Below are positions 12,774 to 20,000 of a stretch of DNA of 20,000 bases, in pieces. The notes beneath the pieces were generated by a model. That model was not told where the DNA came from. It saw only the letters and a program-made list of their open reading frames with translations, and ran no database searches. The stretch is from contig NW_013546121.1 of assembly GCF_000760515.2 (NCBI RefSeq), positions 54,584 through 74,583 on the forward strand, written 5' to 3'. The position numbers were made by a program, and so were the translations under genes. Position 1 is the stretch's first letter. The number at the start of each line of letters is the position of its first letter. The DNA comes from Mitosporidium daphniae (lineage: Eukaryota).

Positions 12774-13988
12774 TTAATTGGAAATGATGGAATTGGAAAC
12801 TAGATTTGCTTCCTCATTCTCCATTATGAGGGTGCTATTTTCTTTTGTAGGAATCGAGGCTTCAACTAGAACGTTGATTCCGGAGGAATTTTCCTTTTCA
12901 ACCTGGGATTCAGAATGCTCCAATTCGTCTTGCGGAGAGACCTTTTTTTGTCTTTTGGGAGTGGTATAGGGAGAAGAAACAGCCGATGCAGAGGGAGTGG
13001 ATAGGGAAGATGATGAGCGGATTCGACTCGATTTTCGAGTAGGAGTCTCTATTGGCGTTGTCATCGAGCCCGAGGCGTTTGAACGGCGTTTTCTCGGCGT
13101 GGTGATCACTTCATCGTCAGAGTCGTTGGATGATTCAGACTGGATTTGTTCATTTTCAATCACAATTTTATAGTTCTGTATTTGGACCGCATTTTCTGGG
13201 GAGTTTGCAAACAGATAATCATCGATGAACGAAGCTTTAATCAGAGGGATAGTTGCATGGATCATTTTCTTGGTGAGCGTTTTTTCATCCTCAACAAAAA
13301 CCAACAAATATTGCACCGATTTCGACATTTTTTCATAGTATTTTCCGCCGTTCTGCTCGATCAGGGAGCGGTATTTTCCTAGCTCTGGCGATGAATGTGA
13401 TGAAAAAGAGAAGGAAATCCCACTCAGGGCGCCAGAACTGTTCTTTTGCTCAGATAAGCATACAGTTGGCTCGCCATCGCATGGAGCTTGATGTTCTACA
13501 TCGCCTCCTGCACGAGCGAGACTGTCCCCACTCATGGCGGTGGTATCTTTTGATCCAAACGTTGTGCTTTCTTTTGTGGCATTTGGTGTTGAATTTTCAC
13601 GCGGAGGTACGTTTTTAGCCTCAAGCGCCTCACAGGCAATAGGACTTGCAGAGGCAATCGCGGTTTCTAATATCTCACCGGTTGCACATGGCTTGGCATC
13701 CTCAAAATTGGAAGCATTGCATATGGTAGGGTCTGTTAAAGGTACGCTATCACATTGCACCGCATCGGCCAATTTCAAATCCTTGCACGAAAGTGTATGA
13801 CGAATGCTGGGTTTCGAATCGGCAGCGCCAATTTCTGCACTTGAGCAATCAAATTTATTCCCGTCTTGCAGACCAGTCTCGACATTTTCTATTCTCTCGG
13901 GCATAGAATTTCTTGTTTCCGCTATTTCTTCATGAGATACTGTGGATTGTTCAGATGCTCGATCGATGGTAGAGTCGGATGGGGACAT
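12774..13988 (-). CDS. Single-BRCT-domain protein with long disordered S/T/E-rich flanks, 404 aa
   Basis: LSGISFSFS...LIEQNGGKYYEKMSKSVQYLLV...IPLIKASFIDDYL matches the BRCT pattern. The C-terminus has TP-x-K/R sites and basic NLS-like clusters (TPRKRR, TPKRQKK). Confidence 0.7.
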   Translation of the reverse strand: MSPSDSTIDRASEQSTVSHEEIAETRNSMPERIENVETGLQDGNKFDCSSAEIGAADSKPSIRHTLSCKDLKLADAVQCDSVPLTDPTICNASNFEDAKPCATGEILETAIASASPIACEALEAKNVPPRENSTPNATKESTTFGSKDTTAMSGDSLARAGGDVEHQAPCDGEPTVCLSEQKNSSGALSGISFSFSSHSSPELGKYRSLIEQNGGKYYEKMSKSVQYLLVFVEDEKTLTKKMIHATIPLIKASFIDDYLFANSPENAVQIQNYKIVIENEQIQSESSNDSDDEVITTPRKRRSNASGSMTTPIETPTRKSSRIRSSSSLSTPSASAVSSPYTTPKRQKKVSPQDELEHSESQVEKENSSGINVLVEASIPTKENSTLIMENEEANLVSNSIISN

Positions 13989-14032
13989 GATTTAAAATTT
14001 AAAGGCCTTCTAAAGTTGATTTGAAGCATAAA

Positions 14033-14657
14033 TTAATTTTCTGATTTTAATAAAATATACTCCCGAGAGCTGAGCCCAAATTGAATAATGTCCTTGTGTT
14101 TAAGCTCGACAAATCTAGAGCCTTCTATTGGGACGCCATTTAATATGGTCCCGTTTGTGCTATTCAAATCAATTACATAGGGCCTAGATCAAAGGATATA
14201 CCATAACGATACCTAATCACAAACTTAGGGCCGTCCAGTCCCGCTGTGAAGGCCAGCGGAATCTTCCTAAATTGAATAACAGCATGTTGGTTTGAGCAGG
14301 AGGGATGGTCTGTCATAATATCGGCAACCTACATGTAAAAGTTATCATTTCGACTTTATGTTCGCGGCCAACCAAGAAATATGCCTTTTTGTCATCGTTC
14401 AGAGAAATCATGTCTAAAAGAGTTAGAGGGCCAATTGTGGGCACCTATTTGCTCAGTGCCCTTGAAAACATGCAAAGACCACTGGGATGTTCGTGGTGCA
14501 AATGAATCGTTGGGTGGGGAATACTTTAAGATGACCCCGCTTGGAATGGATAAAATTTATCAAATTCATACTTTACCATATTGCTTTCCTTAAGCAGGGC
14601 ACCACTAGGGCGAAACGAGGAAAGATCGGGCAGAAAATCCGGCTTTTGATTGTCCAT
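14033..14657 (-). CDS. SNIP1: FHA-domain protein, SNIP1/Pml1-like (RES complex), about 168 aa. Exons 14657-14572, 14539-14445, 14413-14355, 14328-14213, 14183-14033.
   Basis: Not in the ORF track. Manual reverse-strand translation with introns 14540-14571, 14414-14444, 14329-14354 and 14184-14212 gives SGALLKESNMVNGVILKYSPP...YFLVGREHKVADIMTDHPSCSNQHAVIQFR...RPYVIDLNSTNGTILNG...ELKHKDIIQFGLSSREYILL. Confidence 0.92.
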
Positions 14658-14690
14658 CAGATAATTCGGAAAAAAATATTTTTAATAAAA

Positions 14691-15827
14691 TTAAGCGGCC
14701 GACAGTGTGTAATCAAAGGAGTAGTAGTCTGGGTCAAACTCGTGCAGCCTAACATAGCCGTCCTCGGCACCACTGGCAAAGCTAAAAAATAAAGAGTCAA
14801 TCTCCAGGTACCCCGTGCCCCTTGGATGAAAAGCAACTGTATTGATGGGGCCGAAATGCCCCTTCACTCTTCCAATTTCCTCCTCATAAAGCATATGGTA
14901 GAATCGCACCTCGAACTTTCCTGCTCGGCTAGAAGTAGTGGTAACGCTCATGGCCTCTTGACCGCCTCCGAGGATAACCTAAAGAAAGCAGCGAACTTCG
15001 TACGATGTCTCGATCTGGGCATATTGCCGCCGAATTCACAGGTCTCTCCGTCATATAGGTTTTCAGACATGCGAGATTACTGGCATCGTATATTTTGGCT
15101 GAATGGTCTTTTGAAGACGTGATAAACCATGTCTTGTCGTTTGAAAATTGAAAGTCACTGATGGCTGCTGAATGCTCCTTGACGGTTCTCAGCTGATGGC
15201 CGGTCTTGGAATGAGAAATAAAAATAAACCTTGGCATCCCAAGTACATAGGGAACCATCCTCATGCCCCGTATAAATGAACTTATTTCCCAAGCTCCATG
15301 ATGCACAAGTGATGCGAGAGCCCTGAATCACAACGTCAATAAGAGGTGCGGCAGATCGGCTTCCTAAAAGAAAAGATACTCGGCACAATATACTCTCCAG
15401 CTCGGTCATGGAAAAGGTCATCAACTTGGCAAGTTTTCCCATTTTTGCATCTGTTACGACGATCACTTGGTTGCCTCCATCATTGGAAAACTCCACGTGG
15501 CGCACCCCCGTTTCGGCGGAAATTTGGGCCCGCACTTGGCCAGTTTGCACATCCCAAAGTCTANCCGTGTTGTCTGCCGATCCGGTAATGAGAAAATCAG
15601 ACGATTCATTGACATCTAACGACCATATGGAGCCAGAATGTCCCTGATAGCTGCCAAGATGCTCCCCGTTGTGGGAATACCAAACATTAGGCTCTACATC
15701 TTTTGATGCTGAAAATAGCAAATCGCCATCTTTGTTGTATTTGATTTTAGTTAACGATCTTGAATGCCCATGGAGCAAGATAGGGATCTAAAAAGTAAGC
15801 CATAAAGGGGAGTCATTGACAAACCAT
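14691..15827 (-). CDS. TIF34: Eukaryotic translation initiation factor 3 subunit I (eIF3i/Tif34, WD40), about 329 aa. Exons 15827-15825, 15787-15394, 15363-15230, 15204-15004, 14978-14812, 14781-14691.
   Basis: [70 protein letters not shown] and [14 protein letters not shown]. Introns 15788-15824, 15364-15393, 15205-15229, 14979-15003, 14782-14811. One ambiguous base at 15564. Confidence 0.96.
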
Positions 15828-15894
15828 CGATTTTAAAATAAAAATTACCATGTGCCAGTAAATTTAAAATTGCCATTGAACGATTCATTGTCCG

Positions 15895-16361
15895 ATGCAG
15901 ACTTCTACTCATAATGAACACGAACTTTTAGATAATAATTTCACAGAAAGCCCCATGGTCAGCATTCATATCAGAGTAACTATTTTTAGGGTGAACTGGA
16001 AAAACTTCTGTTTAAAGAATCTTTATCCATTAGAGAAAAAAGAGTGACACTGCTAAGACAATTGGAAGATCCGTTCCATGTAGACGCTCTTGGCCTTGAA
16101 GATGAAAAGGATGGGATAGCGAAAAACGGCTCTACCAAGCAATGGGAATTTAACTTTATTAATGCCCTGCTTTTATTGCTGGCTTCTATCTTTTTTATTC
16201 ACCACGTTTCCTCGTTATTTTACGCGGATTTCTTTTTGTAATCCCATCATTTCATTGATCCTAGTGGTTCAGAAGATACTGATGCATATTTTTACCCATC
16301 CCTGTTATCCCGACTTGTGCTAGCTTGTACCAATTCAGACTCCTTACGCTTTTGTGCTTAG
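15895..16361 (+). CDS. Small hypothetical single-pass membrane protein, about 135 aa. Exons 15895-15957, 15990-16237, 16265-16361.
   Basis: Two GT-AG introns of the local size class (15958-15989, 32 nt; 16238-16264, 27 nt) link ATG 15895 to TAG 16359-16361 in frame and fill the gap between eIF3i and the HD gene. Hydrophobic stretch FNFINALLLLLASIFFI. No homology recognised. Confidence 0.58.
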
Positions 16362-16383
16362 TTCCGAGAATTCATTTATTTGT

Positions 16384-17187
16384 TTATTTACCATCAGGAG
16401 GGCCAATCTGCCTCCATCTTTCGTTTAGCGTTTCTGCACACTGTTTAATAAACGGAATTTCGAAATGCGGGAGCGTTCTTTCAAAGAATTGTTCGCAGTT
16501 TATATTGGGATGTGTTAGTTTATACTCGTACGTTTGCAGTAAAAGTTCAATTCTGTCGAGGTCCTTTACGATTTTGGATTCTATGCAATCTCTCTTCTCA
16601 TACCGATCCCAAGTTTTGTAAAATTCAGAGCGAACGTCATTTTTAGATATAACAGAATCCAGGAAAAGCATGGCATCGTTTTCTTGGTCAAACTTCACGT
16701 CCTTCGGTACATTGGCAGTCGGTGGGATATCTCCCACTATGGCCTCAGCAGCGTCATGCACCAAGCACATTTTAATTGCTTTGTCCAATGAAAAGATTTC
16801 TTTACCAAGCTCTAATTGTGGAAGAGCAAATAGAAGCATCGCCATTCTGTACGAATGTTCAGCCACCGACTCGGCTTGTCCAGAGGACAAGCCTTCAATT
16901 AGCCAACCGGTCCTTTTTACCGTTTTTAATGAACCAATCCAGTGTCCAAACTTTAAGAAGGAATTTATCGAGTCTGAAGTCAAAGTAGCATTCTCAAATT
17001 GGTGAGTAATGGCGGGCGGGGTCCCTGGCTTCCTATAAAAAGCCTCTCCTAATGAGGGGCTAGACAAGAGAAGGTCATCAATTTGAGATAATATATGGAC
17101 CCTTTGATTTTCCAAATCATTGCATGTGAATTTGGCTTCAATGAACGATTTTATCTCTGACAAAAGAGACACTGAAATCTGAACCAT
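16384..17187 (-). CDS. HDDC2: HD-domain protein, HDDC2/YfbR-like 5'-deoxynucleotidase, about 267 aa from the first ATG
   Basis: LKTVKRTGW, ESVAEHSYRMA, MCLVHDAAEAIVGDIPP and VKDLDRIELLLQTYEY are typical of the HDDC2 family. Confidence 0.9.
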   Translation of the reverse strand: MVQISVSLLSEIKSFIEAKFTCNDLENQRVHILSQIDDLLLSSPSLGEAFYRKPGTPPAITHQFENATLTSDSINSFLKFGHWIGSLKTVKRTGWLIEGLSSGQAESVAEHSYRMAMLLFALPQLELGKEIFSLDKAIKMCLVHDAAEAIVGDIPPTANVPKDVKFDQENDAMLFLDSVISKNDVRSEFYKTWDRYEKRDCIESKIVKDLDRIELLLQTYEYKLTHPNINCEQFFERTLPHFEIPFIKQCAETLNERWRQIGPPDGK

Positions 17188-17273
17188 TGCAGACAGCAAA
17201 ATTAAGTATGGATTATGGTAAAATTTGGCATATTTTTTGTGTATTATATTAATTTAATAAACAACAAATTTAT

Positions 17274-17345
17274 TCCGCATTGGTCTAGTGGCTAGGATTT
17301 CTCGCTTTCACCGAGGCGGCCGGGGTTCGATTCCCCGATGCGGAA
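17274..17345 (+). tRNA. tRNA-Glu, anticodon TTC, intronless
   Basis: Acceptor stem TCCGCAT/ATGCGGA, D arm TGGTCTAGTGGCTAGGAT, anticodon arm TCTCG-CTTTCAC-CGAGG (TTC at 17307-17309) and T arm CGGGG-TTCGATT-CCCCG. Length 72 nt. Confidence 0.97.
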
Positions 17346-17351
17346 TTTTTT
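17346..17351 (+). terminator. RNA polymerase III oligo(dT) terminator of the tRNA gene
   Basis: A T6 tract directly follows the discriminator base. Confidence 0.8.
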
Positions 17352-17357
17352 AATATT

Positions 17358-18255
17358 ATGTTTTCTTCAAATCCTGTCACCACAATAAATAACTCAATAT
17401 TTTCCTCTTCAGTATGTTCCGAATCGAACAAGTTCTACAGACGCTCAATGGAGGTTAGGATGAATGGCGTTTTGATAATTACATTTTAGGATTCCCACTC
17501 ACTACTGCTGGACTTTGCGGATATTTTGGGCTCCGGCTATTTTGCTATCTTCGATGGCCATGCCGGCAAAAAAGCAGCAAAGCTTGCCTCAACGATGCTT
17601 GGTACCTTGCTCGACCAGCCCTTTAAGTGCGATTCACATTCTCCAGACCAAATTAGCTCTGCAATTTCTTCCATTTTTGTTTCGTTTAACGAGGAGCTCT
17701 GCACTTCGCTTTTAGACGACAATTCAGGATGCACCGCACTTGTGGCAATATTTTGTCCTGATCAAACTAATGACGACATCGGGCATATATACGTGGCTAA
17801 TTTGGGCGATAGTTTGGGGATTTTGTCAACAAACCACACCTACCGTCTTCTATCTGCGCCACACAATTGCTCGACAGAATCTTCTCTGGTCCATGAAAGA
17901 GGTGGTTTTGTATATGGCTCTAGAGTTAATGGAATTCTAGCTGTTACACGGGCCTTTGGGAATATTCATTTGAAGCCTTACTTGTCTGCAAGTCCATCCG
18001 TATTTCATGAATCCTTTTCTCTTTCTAACCCTCCTCATAGCTTGGTCCTTGCCTGTGATGGGGTACGTTTCGTTTCCATTTTAAATCCAATAGCTATGGG
18101 ATGTATGCACCTTTGAGGAAGCAGTCAAGGTCGTTATGGCCTCGTCTAGTTCTGCCGAGGCCGTGGAATCTCTTGTGAAATATGCCGTGGACAATAATTC
18201 TACCGATAACATTACTTGTATCGTTGTTTCTTTTAATAATTACAAGGCGCTTTAA
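17358..18255 (+). CDS. PP2C/PPM-family Ser/Thr phosphatase, Ptc1-like, about 276 aa. Exons 17358-17453, 17490-18062, 18094-18255.
   Basis: Splicing restores RRSME/DSH and LACDG/LWDV. Also present: GYFAIFDGHAG, SGCTA, YVANLGDS, RVNGILAVTRAFG and STDNIT. Introns 17454-17489 and 18063-18093. Confidence 0.92.
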
Positions 18256-19079
18256 TTTCAATAAAAAGATGTGTATATATTGATATGGTTAGGAGACCCA
18301 CATAGAGCATATTAGCATCAATGAGGCAGACCATTGGGGCTATTGATCCGGCGAAAAGCATGATCCGCATTGGGACTCATCTCAGCAGAAAAAAGTTTGA
18401 TTCAATTCTAATAAGCCTTAGCGCAAAGCAAAGGCATTCGTGCTTTGTACATTCTTTGCAGTTTAATCAAATTACTTTGTTTAATGTTATGGTCGGCCTA
18501 GCGGAATGCGCCCAAAACTCGCCTGTGTACTCTTTAAAAGAGTTTGCATCCGTGCCTCGATGTGGTCTACGTTCACGCTTCAAAAGTTGCCCTTCATTTT
18601 GCACCACAGGAAACTAGCTGGGATTGTTGGTATTTTTGCTTCTACGATTTTCTTTTTTCAGAAATCGCTTTGTGAATACTTTTCATTGGCCACATAAATG
18701 TTCGTGGGGTTTTAGGTGCTGCTGAAAATTTTCACACAAGAGCGTTAAAGTCTGCGGAGTTAACGCTTGAAATATTAAGCCAGTTTCAGCCCACATATCC
18801 TTGTTATGCTCAGCCTCATAATCTATAAACGAGAACTGCCGACAATTGGAGTAGCAATCTTTTGTGTTATTGCTGTGCTATTTGTTGCTCTTGAACAATA
18901 GATTTGAGATTCTGCGCGTATTTTTCCCCCAAAGCGGGGTTCTCTTCTTATGAAAAGAATTGAGGCAAACATCCACAGCAAGCGCACATAAATGAAATTA
19001 AGCGCATTAAAATTTACACAATTTATTAAACAGCAAGCGCAATTCTATGATTTGAATGTCCGAAAGTAATACTAAAAAA

Positions 19080-20000
19080 CTACTCGAATGAATAGTTGCT
19101 ATTAGAATATTCATCCGGATAATCAATACCGGGATTAAGGATGGGGGTGAAAATAGGCTTCACAGGCACGGAGGATTGATTAGCCAACGAATAATCATCG
19201 TTTTCAGAGCTTGAATAGCTTAGGTGAAAAATCGCATGACTGCCGTCGTTTCGAGTTGCCGAGGAAAGGTTTACATCGCAATTTTCAGAAGATGCATCTT
19301 CAGGGCTACCAAGGGACAACTCGCTAATAGCTGGAAGTGGTTGAATCCCACTTTGAGGTGACAAATCAGAATCCAAAGCATGTCCAGTGCTACTTCCGGA
19401 AGACTGCTGGGAGGCAGCAGTCGACGGTGCCAAGGCTGCAGGAAGGCTCTTATTTCCTAAAGAGGGCCTTCGGGAAATTGCATTCTTCAAAGCTCGCGTA
19501 GCAAAGACAGTCAAGTTCAAATTAGCCCAGTCGGTTTCGTGAAGCTGCCTTAAATCGCCCACCGTAAGGATATCCTGCATTTGCAACTTAACCGCCCACT
19601 CATAAGCTTTATCTGGCGATCTTTGAGAGGAAAGAGCCACCTCCGACACTAGCTCTTCAACGCTCATATTGTCAGATGGATANGCATTTAAAGAGGAGCA
19701 AAATGTGGCTCCTGGTGGAGGGGTTGCTGTGTTTGCTGAGATGTATGGAACCTGTTGCTGGATAAATTGCTGCTGTTGACATTGAAAGGTAGATTGCTGT
19801 GGCAAACTTGAAGATGATATCACGGAAGGTTCGGTGGCTGAGGACACCAGAGAAGAGCCCTCTAAATAGTTGGAGACGGAGGATGCCACAGTTGGACTAT
19901 TGGGACGCTTTGGTGGTGAACCTCCTTGAGAAGCTCCTCCTGCTCCTGCTCCTGCTCCCCCATTGGTAGCCAGCCCAGAGGGACTGTAAGACTGCTCAAG
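19080..20000 (-). CDS. Low-complexity protein with a SAM (sterile alpha motif)-like helical domain, 5' end outside the window
   Basis: The frame is open from 20000 to the stop at 19080-19082. SVEELVSEV...EWAVKLQMQDILTVGDLRQLHETDWANLNLTVFATRALKNAI has SAM-like hydrophobic spacing and sits between Ser/Gln/Gly-rich tracts. Ambiguous base at 19683. Confidence 0.65.
   Translation of the reverse strand, partial: LEQSYSPSGLATNGGAGAGAGGASQGGSPPKRPNSPTVASSVSNYLEGSSLVSSATEPSVISSSSLPQQSTFQCQQQQFIQQQVPYISANTATPPPGATFCSSLNXYPSDNMSVEELVSEVALSSQRSPDKAYEWAVKLQMQDILTVGDLRQLHETDWANLNLTVFATRALKNAISRRPSLGNKSLPAALAPSTAASQQSSGSSTGHALDSDLSPQSGIQPLPAISELSLGSPEDASSENCDVNLSSATRNDGSHAIFHLSYSSSENDDYSLANQSSVPVKPIFTPILNPGIDYPDEYSNSNYSFE
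19933..19961 (-). repeat. Short coding microsatellite (GGAGCA)n encoding a Gly-Ala tract
   Basis: The + strand reads gctcctcctgctcctgctcctgctccccc, which translates on the - strand as GGAGAGAGGA. Confidence 0.7.

Noticed and set aside
14568..14580. ATACTTTACC resembling the U1 snRNA 5' end (ATACTTACC)
   Set aside because: It has an extra T and is simply the reverse complement of the exon 1/intron 1 donor of the SNIP1-like gene. No U1 structure follows.
14040..14690. Apparent ORF-free region initially considered a non-coding RNA locus, with four short + strand ORFs at 14305-14792
   Set aside because: Fully explained by the spliced - strand FHA gene. The + strand ORFs are antisense shadows.
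18287..18293. GGTTAGG as a TTAGG-type telomeric or template motif
   Set aside because: A single 7-mer at the edge of the gap is expected by chance and has no supporting structure.
18321..18697. Two short overlapping + strand ORFs (98 and 63 aa) in the non-coding island
   Set aside because: No recognisable motifs, and I found no intron combination of the local size class that joins them into a longer frame. Not fully excluded without transcript data.

Overview
Gene-dense eukaryotic nuclear DNA, not prokaryotic. I infer a compacted fungal-related genome; tiny introns, TOM40 and ETF:ubiquinone oxidoreductase would fit an early-diverging Rozellomycota or mitochondriate microsporidian relative, but the sequence alone does not prove this. 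Manual splicing gives 14 protein-coding genes and one tRNA-Glu(TTC). In order: RAD50 (5' truncated), eIF3b, TOM40, a voltage-sensor-like membrane protein, a DDX52/ROK1-like helicase, an unknown Cys-rich protein, ETFDH, a BRCT protein, a SNIP1/Pml1-like FHA protein absent from the ORF track, eIF3i, a small spliced orphan, an HDDC2-like protein, the tRNA, a PP2C phosphatase and a SAM-like protein (5' truncated). I count 33 GT-AG introns of 24-37 nt, 28 ending in TAG. Most intergenic gaps are 12-124 bp. Three gaps are unusually long and look structured: 3076-3259, 5279-5554 and especially 18256-19079. They are the best candidates for unannotated RNAs, and the last has a speculative telomerase-RNA-like helix plus C-rich tract. 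I found no mobile element, CRISPR array or proven novel system. Gene names come from motif recognition, not database searches.
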